This document shows, piece by piece, positions 38,541 to 52,094 of a stretch of DNA of 64,000 nt. The notes beneath the pieces are model-generated. The model was not told the origin of the DNA, did not search any database, and saw only the letters and a list, made by a program, of their open reading frames with translations. Numbering within the stretch: position 1 is the first letter of the stretch; each line of letters opens with the position of its first letter. The DNA is from the human T2T-CHM13v2.0 reference genome, Homo sapiens. The translations under genes were made by a program, and so were the position numbers. The stretch lies in the NCBI RefSeq assembly GCF_009914755.1, contig NC_060939.1. One strand, 5' to 3'.

Positions 38541-40604
38541 AAAAGCAGCAAAATAAGGTAATAAACCAAAAGTTATCAGCTAGGGCATGAGGCAAATATC
38601 TTAGGTGGGAAAGCATGTGAAACACTGGGCATCCACTGAGAAACATGAAGTGCAAATTCCAAGAAGAGTTTTGTTCTCGATGACTGTTCTAAAAAGCAGA
38701 AATTAGGGAGAATAAGAGAACATTTCTAACCTCTAAGAATGATATTGGGAAAGAGATATTTCCACTGTTAAACTCTCAGAAAATGGTCTGATTCAATGTG
38801 TCTAAAAGAGAAAGACTCTCAAATACGCTATCCTTGTGATCAACAGCCTCATCGTTCTCATTTATAAATATACATACACACCCCCCAAAAATCATGCTGT
38901 ACTGTGAAGTAGATGTTTATGGTCACAGTGCAGGTTGATGAGAGTCAACAGAAAGATGGCACTGGTCCTCTCATATGTAACCATGGAATTATTGCTTACA
39001 AATGTAAGCAGACTCAGCAAGTGTTCATGGAAACTCATTAATGATGTGTTCATACTTGCTCATGAAGGAAAGTTGTGCACACCCGAGACACATCCCAGAC
39101 ATTTTCAGGTGTAATCATAATTAGCATAATGGTCAAAAATTGAATAATGGGCCTGAACAGATCACTGGTCTAACCCTATGTAATAGTCTTCATGAGATCT
39201 TGACATTAATTGGTAATTAGTAACTACAGTCGTGTATGTAAATTCTCTCTTTGATGATGAGATGGGTTGCATTTCCTGGGTTCCTAATTTTCAGCTGGCA
39301 TTGACTAAACCCTTGCTGATTATAGTTTTCCAATTATTGAGAAGACTTCAAGGAGACAGCTCATATTCCGTCATTTTACACCTTACAGCCTATCTGCATC
39401 CTACTAAATTTCTCAGTTCTTTGGAATCTGAAGTAATCTAATTAAATATATTTTCTTATAACATACCAACATGTAAGTTAATATTTCAAACATTTGGTAT
39501 TTTCTCCAAAACAGCCAGTATGAGATAACTAGATTTTTCAAAAGGTTTGTTTGTTTTTAATTCTCTTCCCATAAGCAAGTTTGGTTTTTGAAATTTTCCC
39601 TTTCAAGAAAGAAAAAATAAGCAACAAAGCAGATCTCGAAAACAGAGCCTACATTTTTATGCATCTTTAGCCAGATAAACATTAGTCCTTCCCCAGAACT
39701 GGCGCAGCTATTCTGAAGAATGTAAACTTGCTGTTTTCTCAGTATGCAGATAGCCTGTTGTCATAGATCCTCATAGTAATGAACAACTTCTCAATATTTA
39801 ATAAGCCTGGCATTCCTGTCCCCAGGCGGAAAGCACAGACAGTTGGTAGCCAGCTACTAACTGACCATTAAAATACAGAATCTGTCTTTAAAATGTGCTT
39901 CACAAACAGGTTCCATCACCTGCAGTGGAGAGCAAGTGCTGTCCTCTGCAGTGAGGTGGCCTATTCTGCCTGGAAGAGAAGTGGCAGGAGCAAGCCAAGT
40001 TAGCCTGCTCAGTATTCAAACAGGGGCCATCAAGAACAGAATCTTGTTTACAAAGGGGAGGAAAGCCCATCCACAGCCCTTCTCTTCGCAGTGTTGTTAG
40101 CTCCAAGAACTGCCAAGCAAGTAGAAATTAGGAAAGCTCACCATGGTAGTTTTGTCAATGTACAACAACAAAACCATTCTGGAACTCTGGTTTTGTTTTT
40201 TTTTTTTTTTCCATTCTTTCCATGCTTGCTTATACACAGGAGCATTTTCTGCTGTCTCTGGTGTGCTGTGTGAGTATATATTGCAACAATAATGCTCACT
40301 AATTGGACCAAGATGCCACTGATTCCAAACAATATTTGAGCATTTCAGCATTGCCTTTTTTAAAATCCAAGGAACAAAAACTAATGTTATATGATTATAT
40401 GGAAATTCAGGAAATCATTAATACAATTATATCATTTTCTGAATAATAGAAAAGCTAACATAATGAGTTCTCTTTGCTCTTATTGACCATTAAGAGAAGA
40501 TGCTTGGCTGTAACTATAATTTCAGGTTAACACAAATATTCCCATGATCGCATTAAGTACAGAGTTTAAAAATTCTTGAGTAGGCCTACCACAACTCTTG
40601 TTAC

Positions 40605-40688
40605 CAACACACTTCATAAGACATGATCGTCTTGTCTTCTCTTTCATCAACAGTGATAGGAATTACTGTGGCTTTTTTGGCCCATTTT
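40605..40688 (-). other. Candidate 84-nt internal exon of an unidentified minus-strand transcript
   Basis: Acceptor TTCCCTTTTTTCCCTGTAG|, donor TTG|GTAACA; one open frame xKWAKKATVIPITVDEREDKTIMSYEVCx; protein not recognised. Confidence 0.3.
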
Positions 40689-40934
40689 CTACAGGGAAAA
40701 AAGGGAATTTTATTTCTTAACCATTTCAGGGGAATGGTTGCATGCGTAATTATGCAGGGAAAATAAAAAAGGTGTGGACGGTGGGTGGTTGACTTTCTAG
40801 CTGATGACTGGCTCTCATCACCATCCTCCAACAGTGTGTAACCCAAATCCATGTCTCAGCAATGCTAAAAATAACAACTTCGTGGCCCTTTTGGACACTT
40901 TCCAGGAGCATTCATTCTGTAAGCGTTGACAGTC

Positions 40935-41140
40935 ATATACTGCCAAGCAGCAGAAGGAGCAAACCTGCTCTATGTTGCTGCATGAGGAGACAATATGAGG
41001 ATAAGCAGTAAAAAATACAATGGAGCAGATTTAGAGCCTTCATGAGAACTTTCTAGCAGAATTGTTCAGTAATATAATGAATAGGGTAACTTTCATGATA
41101 GAGGCACTCAAAGGCTGAAAGACTACCTATTATAGATGCC
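40935..41140 (+). mobile_element. L3/CR1 fragment
   Basis: GAAGGAGCAAACCTGCTCTATGTTGCT...GCAGATTTAG...GAACTTTCTA pattern typical of the L3 3' region. Confidence 0.5.
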
Positions 41141-41164
41141 ACTAACAATATTTTTAAATTAGAG

Positions 41165-41347
41165 TATTTTTCTCAAAAGTTTATGTAAAATCCCAGAATA
41201 TAACACAAATAAAAATAGCACTGCTCTAGTTCAAGTGTGAGACAGAAGACCTGTGACCTGCAACTCCATTCACTCACATTGTTTTATCCTCCAAGGCTCC
41301 TCAGGCAATCCTAGAGGACTCCAGGGAACACAGTTTAAAAACCACTG
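41165..41347. mobile_element. Old hAT-Charlie MITE fragment
   Basis: Terminal GGAACACAGTTTAAAAACCACTG typical of MER5/Charlie-type ends. Confidence 0.5.
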
Positions 41348-41349
41348 CT

Positions 41350-41645
<296 letters not shown>

Positions 41646-41873
41646 CGCTGCTGTAGAAAATATTCCTAAATGACATGGGAGATCATACTAAGCAATTCTC
41701 AAGCTTTTCTACACTGGGAAACACATGGCAAGTGTTACCATAATTACTATATAATTACCATATACAATTTGATCTAATGTTCATACCCAGATTCAAATAT
41801 CCCCAAAAAGTTAGTGAGGAAGTGAAGCACCACAAAAATTCTCAGGCTCTCCAAGTGTTAAAAGTACACACAG

Positions 41874-42584
41874 GTTTTGGCTATTGTGAATGCTGCTGCA
41901 GTAAACAATGGGGATGCAGATAGATCTTCGAGCTCTTGAAGAGAAATATATATCCAAAAGAAGTGGTATTGCTGGATCATATGGTAGCTCTATTTTTAGT
42001 TTGGTGAGGAGCATCATACTGTTTTCCATATAAGGCTGTACTAATTTATATTCCCACCAATAGTGTATAAGAGTTCCAATAATAACTATTCTAACAAATA
42101 TGAGGTAACATTGTGGTTTTGATCTGCATTGTCCTGATGATTAGGGATGTTGAGTACCTTTTCATATACCTGGTGGCCATTTTTATGTCTTTGTTGGAGA
42201 AATGTCTATTCAAGTTCTTTGCTCATTTTTTAATCAGGTTGTGTTGATTTTTCTTTTTTGCTATTGAGTTATACAAGATCCTTATATGTTTTGGATATTA
42301 GCCCCTTATCAGATAGGTGGTTTTCAAATATTTTTTCCTATTCTGTAGGTTACTGATTTGTCTTTTTGATTGTTTCCTTTGCTATGCAAAAGCTATTCAG
42401 TTAGTATAGCCCCGCTTGTCTATATTGAGGTTTGCTTTCTGTTCTTTTGGTGTCAAATCCAAGAAATCATTTCCAAGATCAATGTCAAGAAGCTTTTCCT
42501 CTATGTTTTTTTAAGGGGTTTTACCATTTCATGTCTTATGATTAAGTCTTTAATCCATTTTGAGCTAATTTTTGACTATGGTAT

Positions 42585-42588
<4 letters not shown>
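41874..42588 (-). mobile_element. Inverted 5' segment of an L1MB1/2-like element
   Basis: Antisense ORF2 end: TTGGCTATTGTGAAT, GCTGGATCATATGGTAGCTCTATTTTTAG, TTAATCCATTTTGAG. Confidence 0.88.
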
Positions 42589-43500
<912 letters not shown>

Positions 43501-44074
43501 TAATACTTGTACATCTTGGGTAACTAACTATAATTCAGCATACCACATTCCCTCAAGAAACCTTCCAGAATACAAGAGAGTTAGAAAGACATTTTACCTA
43601 TATAGCCTTGAATCTGCTTGAATTCGTAAAAGCAACAATTTTTTTTTTTAAATTCTCAACTCTGAGTGCCTTATCAATAATGGTAAGTTCTTCATGACAT
43701 ACCTCACAACTGACCACAAAACATCAGGGGGTTGTAACCCTGGGTTTAAGAATCTGGATGACCGGATGAAGTGACACCCACACCCAAACCAATGCACTGG
43801 AACTGCTTCTGCATTCTAGCTAACATTGAAGTCAGGTAGACACTGTAATGTAATTATATAACCATTCCGAAGTAACCAAACGCTTAGAATTTTATGTATG
43901 AAAGCAAATTGGTCAATTTCTCTCTATTCAGCCGGAGGTTTGGCATCATAGAAAAACTACCCTGATGAAATGTTACTGCTCCTGGTAATTTTTTCAAAAT
44001 ACTCAACATCACCATGATCAGCAGCTTAGACCTATCTATGTAGCAGAGTTTAAAACGCTGGTATGTCTTTTAAA

Positions 44075-44320
44075 TAAATAACTTTTTTGAGTATTGATGA
44101 TGGGCCAAGCATGGTTCCGAATGTTTTACATGTGTTTCATAAGAATCTCATGATATAGGTATTATGGCTACGCCTTCCCCTTTTTTCACTGTGTAAACTG
44201 AGGCTTAAGAGGAGCTAAGTAGCTTACCAAGCTCCACACAATAGCTATGTTGTGGAGCGGGGATTTGAACCAAGGCAAATCTGACCCCAAAGCTCACAAG
44301 CTTAACCTTTACGCCCTGCA
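44075..44320 (-). mobile_element. MIR SINE
   Basis: AAACTGAGGCTTAAGAGGAGCTAAGTAGCTT...GGATTTGAACCAAGGCAAATCTGACCCCAAAGC. Confidence 0.8.
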
Positions 44321-44850
44321 AGAAGCCAGCAAAGTCCTACTATCCAGAAAGAAGCCTTAGAGTTTGATCACCAAAGACCTGATTCTCCAATTATTATATA
44401 AGCTTCTCATCTCTGCTCCATATCATCCATGAGCCAAGAAGAAAAAAATAAGATGAAATAAGGGACAGAGTTGAGGAATTGGAGCAAAGGGTATGGCTAA
44501 GCTACTTCCACTGCAAAAGACAAGATATGCCAAGAATTCAGATTAGTTCATGAAAAGTCAAAACATGATTTTTTTTTTTTTTTTGAGAAGATGAAGATGA
44601 ACTGTGTTGGCTAGCCACGAGGCTGAAGAATAATTAGAAACACCCCTCCATATCTCATTGATGAGTCCAGGGGGCGCTGGCTCCATGCTAGACTCAACAC
44701 AGTGCCGGGAGTCTCTTAGTGAGCCAGCCCCAAGCTGACACACAGAAGGCCTGTTGCTCCCAGCAAAGACTGTTGTCAGCAATGCGAAAACCACAGCAGT
44801 GACATCATTGACCAAGGATCCAGAGAATTCTTTAGAATTCCAAAAGCCCC

Positions 44851-45336
44851 ACTATAAAGACACGTGCACACGTATGTTTATTGCAGCAGTATTTACAATA
44901 GCAAAGACTTGGAACCAACCCAAATGCCCATCAATGACAGCCTGGATAAAGAAATGTGGCACATATATACCATGGAATACTATGCAGCCATAAAAAGAAT
45001 GAGTTCATGTCCTTTGCAGGAACATGAAGCTGGAAGCCATCATTCTCAGCAGACTAACACAGGAACAGAAAACCAAACACCTCATGTTCTCACTCGTAAG
45101 TGGGAGTTGAATAGTGAGAACACATGGACATAGGGAGGGGAAAAGCAAACACCGGGTGGGGGTGGAGGGCAAGGGGAGGGAGAGCATTAAGACAAATACC
45201 TAATGCACGTGGGGCTTAAAACTTAGATGACGGGTTGATAGGTGCAATAAACCACCATGGCACATGTACACCTATGCAACAAACCTGCAGGTTCTGCACA
45301 TGTATCCTAGAACTTAAAGTAAAATTAAAAGAAAAA
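44851..45336 (+). mobile_element. 5'-truncated L1PA8-like 3' end
   Basis: TACCTAATGCACGTGGGGCTTAAAACTTAGATGACGGGTTGATAGG; exact TSD AGAATTCCAAAAGC at 44834-44847 and 45337-45350. Confidence 0.93.
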
Positions 45337-45369
45337 AGAATTCCAAAAGCTCCTAGCCATGGTAGCTTT

Positions 45370-45810
45370 TAATCTTTACAACCAGCTATGAAGCACACGT
45401 TATCACCTGTGGCACAGAGAAGGAAACTGAGATGCAGAGAAGCCAAGTGACTACTCAAAGCTTCTCAGCTGATTGGGGCAGAGTTGAGACACAGGTCTTC
45501 TGATGCCCAGGCACCCTCCTCCCCTTGGCACAGACATAACTCATTCACTAGACTGACCATAGAGCCTCAGGGTTAGAGTGAGCAGGCTCCGATCTGAGCT
45601 CATGTCTTGGCTCCACTATTGACTGGTTTCCAGATGGCTCTTGGCAAGTTACTTACCCTTTTTAAGCCTCTGTTTTCCAGGCTGTAAAATGGGAATCCAA
45701 ACAGCATATGCCTCACAGGGCTTTTATGGTAATTAACTGAAATGAGATGAGTTAATGTGTAGAAAGAATAATAGCAAGCATTCACAAATGGTAGTTTTTA
45801 TTATTAATCA
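45370..45810. mobile_element. Two oppositely oriented MIRs (about 45370-45510 -, 45560-45810 +)
   Basis: GAGGAAACTGAGATGCAGAG; TTGGCAAGTTACTTACCCTTTTTAAGCCTCTGTTTTCC...CTGTAAAATGGG. Confidence 0.75.
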
Positions 45811-46028
45811 TTCACTCACTGAACAAACTTTGATTAGATGGTTATTCCGTGCCAGGCCTGTGGGCTTGGACCTGATGATATTAACAAACCCTGCCCTGAG
45901 GTTACTCAAAGTCCTTCTTGGGTGACCAATACAAAGAGAGACTTATAAGGCAAGTGGGGAAGTATAATGATATGGTAAGTTAAGATGCAGGATAGTGTAA
46001 CAGGCACATAGAATGGCTTTCTCTAGAG

Positions 46029-46510
46029 CAGCGGTCCCAACCTTTTTGGCACTGGGGACTGGTTTCATGGAAGACAATTTTCCCATGGACCTGGGGGCTT
46101 GGGGATGGTTTCGGGATGATTCAAGCACATTACATTTATTGTGCACTTTATGCACTTTATTTCTGTTATTACATTGTAATATATAATGAAATAATTATAA
46201 AACTCGCCATAATGTAGAATCAGTGGGAGCCCTGAGCTTGTTTTCCTCAACTAGATGGTCCCATCAGGGGTTGATGGGAGACAATGATAGATCATCAGGC
46301 ACTAGATTCTCATAAGGAACACACAACCTAGATCCTTCACATGCGCAGTTCATGATAGGGTTCACGCTCCTGTGAGAATCTGATGCTTCCACTGATCTGA
46401 CAGGAGGCGGAGCTAAGGTGGTCATGCTCACTCACCTCCTGCTGTGCAGCCCAGTTCCTAACAGGCCATGGACTAGTACTGGTCTGTAGCCTGGGGGTTG
46501 GGGACCCCTG
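46029..46510 (-). mobile_element. MER1A-type hAT element with an internal deletion
   Basis: Termini CAGCGGTCCCAACC...GGTTGGGGACCCCTG; perfect 8-bp TSD CTCTAGAG at 46021-46028 and 46511-46518. Confidence 0.95.
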
Positions 46511-46684
46511 CTCTAGAGCAGCAGATGCTCTAAGAGGGTTTATAAAACACAATCTTTTAGTAACAAAGAAGATACTACAAATGTAAACATTGTTCCAAAT
46601 TCAGTTTCAATGTCACAAAACTTTAAAAAAAAAACAAAAAACAAAAAACCCTGAGATTTAGAGGTGAAGACCCTTCATTGAAAT

Positions 46685-46860
46685 CTCAATTCCATAAACT
46701 ACCAACTACATGACTTTGAATTAAATAACCTAACTTCTCTGGACCTCAATGTACTCATCTCTAAAACTGGGATACAGTAGTAACACACCTCATGGGCTTG
46801 TCAGGAAGATGAAATGATGTAACATATGTGAAAGGGCTTTGTAAATGAGGAATTATTACT
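46685..46860 (+). mobile_element. MIR SINE
   Basis: TAACTTCTCTGGACCTCAATGTACTCATCTCTAAAACTGGGATA. Confidence 0.75.
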
Positions 46861-47419
46861 GATTATAGGGAAAGGGGAGAAGGATGAAGAAACAGAGGAA
46901 AAAGGAGAGAGAAGGAGGAAGGAGAAAAAGGAGGAAGTGCCCAGCATCTGCTGAGGGGACTGGGCAGCCATGCGGGCAGAAGTTCTTTCTCCCACACTCT
47001 CAGGTATACACAAGGAGGATGTTTCTAGCTAAATAAGGCAGACAAGGATTTTGCCAAAATTTTACATCTACCCGATTAGCCCCCTCCCATGTGGTCAGCT
47101 TGCTCCTGATTCTCAGGCTCTATGGCTCTTCTGAGACTTGGGCGTCTTAACTTGGGGAAACCACGCTACCTGCCTGTGAGCGTGGAACTAGAGGCTGCAA
47201 TCTGCCAGGGCTGCCGTCTGCCTCCAGCTTGGAGTCTTTGTGTCCCCTGTGGTTCACTCCCTAGTTGCAGAGAATGCCACTACAAGACTTGGGGTCGTGG
47301 GTGGGCAATCCATCCCAGCTATGTGCAGAAATGTTTCCCTTTACCACAATCTCTCAGAGGCCCACTCAATACTGAACTGGGCCTCCAGGGGGGAATCTGA
47401 GTTTGCCAGCGGACAAGGA

Positions 47420-47895
47420 CAGTGCATTGCATCTGCAGGGTACTCGGCATGGAAAAAGATGCAGTGCCATAACAGAGCCTCTGGGGGGGTGGGTGGGAGA
47501 GTAACAAGCAAGGCACAGGGTGTGCAGAGAAGGTGGAGGTGGAAAATGAAGGGCCACAGGTGTCAGCCAGGGAACTTCTAGTCTTTATCACGGAGAGTGT
47601 GGGAGACCCACGGGGGTGTAAACAGAGGAGGCATGTGGTCCATCTAAAGAGGCCACCCTGGCCATAGAGTAGTAGAGAACAGACCAGAAACTGGGGGCAT
47701 GCATGGCAGAGAGATCATTATCTAAAAGGCTCATATGGAGGGCATGGACTCCACCCCAGTGTGCCTGACGAGAAAGGCAGATTCAAGAGCTACTTAAAGG
47801 CAAAATCAACAAGACTCGAAAACTGGTTTGACACAGGGGAGTGAAACAAAGAACGAAAGCAACAATGAATCTACTGTGGGTGGCTGGATTAATGA
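47420..47895 (-). mobile_element. L2 internal fragment
   Basis: AGCAAGGCACAGGG...TAAAGAGGCCACCCTGGC...GGCAAAATCAACAAGACT. Confidence 0.55.
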
Positions 47896-48129
47896 ACTAT
47901 GGTTTTACTAAACATTAGTCCATTTCAGTAAAAATAATATCTCCTTAGATTGAAAAGGAGCCTTATTTTTATTATATAAATCTCATTTTATATGCATATG
48001 AATTTGGTCTAGCTCGTGGGTTAGGTAATACCTCTTAGTAGATGATGGTCGAGGCTCAGAGAGACTAATGCCTGCCTAAGTTCACATAGACAGCTACAAC
48101 AAAGAAGAGTCACTGTTCTCCCATTAACC

Positions 48130-48316
48130 CAGGCTTGACAAATAGGTCCCAAATTGTATGCCAACTCTGATGAATTGGTAATAACTACTGAAGCACAAAG
48201 TTTAGACTCTGGTATTGAGTCTGGCCTTGGAAAGCTAGGAACTGTAACAAATTGGCAATGCCTGCCCTGACACCTGGAAAGAAGAATGGCAAGACGACAG
48301 CTTTTTGCCAGCCCTG
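48130..48316 (+). mobile_element. hAT-Charlie MITE (MER102/103-like)
   Basis: Inverted termini CAGGCTTGACAAA / TTTGCCAGCCCTG; internal TGCCAACTCTGATGAATTGGTA. Confidence 0.6.
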
Positions 48317-49164
48317 CACCAGAAATAGTGACTCATTAGAAACTGATAGAACAAGATGACAGATTTGATTTGATCCAGCATATGGCTCCTAAAAATATCA
48401 TTGGATCAAACTTTGGGTCAATTAACAAAATAAATAGCAGAAGATTGTCAAGTGACCAAAACATGCCTAAGTGCCCTTGACCTCAGGTCTTCATTTCACT
48501 ACTTCCAAATGGGAAGCTCCATTTCTTCCAGATGACTAGAATCTTGTTGCAGTTCTTCAGGTGTCAAAGTGCCCCACACACCACCACACCTTCCCTGAAT
48601 TTTCGGGCAATGCAACATTATATTCTTGCCCCATTGGAAACCCTTTTCCTGGAAAGCAGAAAAGAAGAGAAGAAAGAACAGGACTGGGTTTGAGAACTTC
48701 TATTCTTTATCTATAAAATAGAGATTAATACCCCAATCTCAGTTGTCATATAGCAGGCATTCTATTAATACTTTAATTTTTTTGTTTTCATTATTTTTAT
48801 TTATACAATAAACTGAAGAGTCAAAGGGTGGGGATATTTTAGACAAGATTTGGACAGGATCTTAAAGTCCTGCCTCTTCCTGCCTCTAATGACAAGTATT
48901 TCCAAAATCTGATTTCCGCATGGTTTATTTAAGACAAAAAGAATCCGCACCTACTTTTACTGCTATTTAATGTTCAAAGTCAAAGATAAAAATAAAAATT
49001 GTTCCTAAGTCCAACTGTCATACCCTAAGGCAACTCAATCAACTTAACAAAATCGATGATAAAAGTTCTAAGCTGAAATTCCATGAGTCTATGAGCTGGA
49101 ATTTTTGTTCTCTCAAAGAAGCAAATCCTTCCCTTGAGCAACGTGCAGAAGTAGGAGACTGAGT

Positions 49165-49400
49165 CTAACAGTGGTTTAGAGTGCACACTTTGGAATCAAA
49201 CAGACCTGAGTTTGAATTCCAGCTCTGCCATTTACTAGCTATGTGGACTTGAGAAAGATACGCAATTGCTCCCAGCCTCAGCTGTGTGTAAATTGAGCAC
49301 ACTAATACCTACTTCAGAGGGTTTGATCAAACTAAAACGAAATAATGTGTATAAAACCCTTAGCAAAGTGCCTGGCACATAGTAAATGTACTTCCTATTA
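49165..49400 (+). mobile_element. MIR SINE, near full length
   Basis: CAGTGGTTTAGAG...CAGACCTGAGTTTGAATTCCAGCTCTGCCATTTACTAGCTATGTG...GTGCCTGGCACATAGTAA. Confidence 0.88.
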
Positions 49401-51703
49401 TGTAGATAAATTACAAGTTGCACTTCTTATTATGTAGACAAAGCAATATGAAAATAACATTGAAATGTTTGAACACATTGTCTATATGGTCTTGCCTCCC
49501 CAAAGCAGTTGCCTAATTATAACAGTCTGTCTTCCCAGGGTGGAGAATATCAACTATAGACTTCTCGGGAATAAATTCCATCGAGCCAATCTATATATTT
49601 GATAATATATATAATAAACCTTAAAGTGATGGGCAGAAATTTGGACTGTGTTGGTGCAAACATCTTGGTATCATGTAATTATCATTAAGGGTGCTTCATA
49701 ATTGTTTTAAAAATTGTTTTACAGTACCAACATTTTCTGTGTAACACAGTAAATTTAAGTTCTCATTTGACACTGAAAAACCCACTCAGTCACAGGGTTA
49801 AGAAACTAATAAAATTACTATTTTTCAAGTCCTTAGTACATATTTAGCATGATTCTAGGCATGGCACGGGCAGAAGAAAAGTATAAAATATGGCTTCTAC
49901 ATATAACTTACGGTTTTACTAAGGAGATGATTGGGTAAAGACAGTCCATTCAAATGCCATAATCAACAGTGCATAGTCAAGGGCCAGCCACCAAGCAGCT
50001 GGGAGAGAGAACATTGAGCTAATATTTGGAATAAACCAGGTTTGCCAGTCAATTATCAGAAGTACCTGGTTGGTAAGGAGTCCTGCAGAGAAGAGAAGTT
50101 GTTTTCTGACAGCCTTAAGCAGTTGATCATGCCTAAAGACAACATTATCAATGTCCACTAGGCTCTTTATCTTTACTGGCGCCATTTTTACAGACTTTTT
50201 TTTATGGGAGGAAATATTTATTCTCATATAGAACCCCATTATAAAAACTTTCAGAATCCCCTTTCCTCCCACTATTGCAGTCACCACACAAAAAAGGAAA
50301 AAAATTGCAGATCTGGGATTCTTTTAAATTAATGTTGATTTCTACTGCTCAGTAGTACCATATGTGGAATTCTTGTTACAACTTGCACCAACTTTTTCTT
50401 GAGAGTCGAGTCTATTGCTCAACTCCTAAGTAGGCAGCGTTTTCCCTTACCCCACCTCCATTCAGCTCTCACAAAATCCATTAGACAACTTTCTGCCTCA
50501 GAACAAAAGGGCTTCCAGGATGTTTCACACGCTCTTCTTTGTGGGTTTGAAATTACACACAGCAGTGCCAAAGGTAAGGCATTTCTACAGGTTTTCTTTT
50601 TTTTTAACCTTTTCTATTTTTTTATTACAGTTCTGGGTGTTTTGTTGTTTTTGTTTTTCTCTTTTTTTTCCCCCCAACTCCCTCTGCCTCTTGTGGTATA
50701 TATCTGTGGCCTACAGCAATTACTTTAGACTTTTTAGACACGTCCGGATAGAGATAGATGACACAAGTGATCTACTTATCTTCCTTTCCCATCACCAATA
50801 AAAGTGACAGCCCGCCTAATTAGGCCTAATAAAGCAGCGGCAGAAAGAGTGGCGCAGCAGCGATCTAAAGCGAGATGGCATTGACCCGAAGATACAGGTG
50901 CTGCCTTAAGGCGTTTGCTGCTATTACTCTCTCTCCAATACATTACATCTCTGCTCATGCCATATTCAAATGCAAGTAGCATGTTTTTCTCCTCAATTCT
51001 TAGATCAAGAACAAAAAAAAATCCTATCTAATCAAAAAAGGCACTGACAATTTTTCAGCCCCACATTAAAAGCAAAGAGTCATTCAGAACAGTGTACTCC
51101 ATATTCTATTTTATAATATCACTTTAAGCTATTGCTTTGAATCTCAGACATTTCTTTGTTAAGAAGGAAAATCAAAAATTCATCAGAAGAAGTTCTTTCT
51201 TCCCCCCTCTCTTTTTTTTTTCTTCCAGGGCTAGCATGGGGTTTGGAGCTGGAACCAACATTTGTAGAAGTTAGGGGTCCTTAAGCAATTATTAGCGATG
51301 AGAGCTTGACACGCTTGAGAGTTGTCAACAACTGACTTTAAACAAAGTGGAAGGAAAGAGAAATAAATGGTGCTCTCAGCAAAATTAATATACAGGCCTG
51401 CAAATTAATGATGTCGTGTATTTTTTAAACAAGGGGAAAAAATCTGAACTTTGCATGAAACAGCATTTTAAGTACATCTTTGCAAAAATTATCAGATTGT
51501 CAAAGGGCATGAAAGCAAATTGAGTCTGCAACTATTCATAATATTTCCACATATGCTAAATACAAAATTTATCTTACTTTATTCACCTGTTCTGTAGCAA
51601 TTATTTAAAGCTATTAGAAAGGGGGACATGTCCTTGATCTGAAGTGCCAGTGACTGCTCCACAGCATTTATTATAAGAAACATAACCTTCCCAGCCTTGC
51701 CTG

Positions 51704-51706
<3 letters not shown>

Positions 51707-51743
<37 letters not shown>
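51707..51743 (+). repeat. (AC)18 microsatellite
   Basis: Read directly. Confidence 0.95.
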
Positions 51744-51745
<2 letters not shown>

Positions 51746-52094
51746 TATGCATTCTTCTCTGCTTACTACTGACTAAATTCTACTTAGCCCTGTGCATCCT
51801 ATCTCACATTTTTTAAACTTATTTCTGCAAATAATCCCTCCATTCACATTGTTTTAATTGCTGCCTGTATCCAAATAAGTTTCTAAGATATTACTTCTAA
51901 CCCTCTTCTTCTGTGTCCAAAATGAAGCCCATTATCTTCTTCTCACCCTTGCCCAATCTGGGCCCTCTTAAAACATTCCTCCTCTGCAATGTTCCCCCAT
52001 GACTAAGAGTAGTTACAGTTCCCTTGCTGAGAACCATTAATCCATCTCAACTTCCTCTCTCTCTCTGTTGGTCTTTCCAGAATGAGAATGATTT

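Noticed and set aside
44568-44584. Poly(T) runs as retrocopy tails (also about 12267-12283)
   Set aside because: No poly(A) signal at the right distance, no TSD and no recognisable parent sequence
44662-44679. CTCF-like TGAGTCCAGGGGGCGCTG (and a similar minus-strand site near 19749-19765)
   Set aside because: The 3' half matches but the conserved CC at the 5' end of the core is missing
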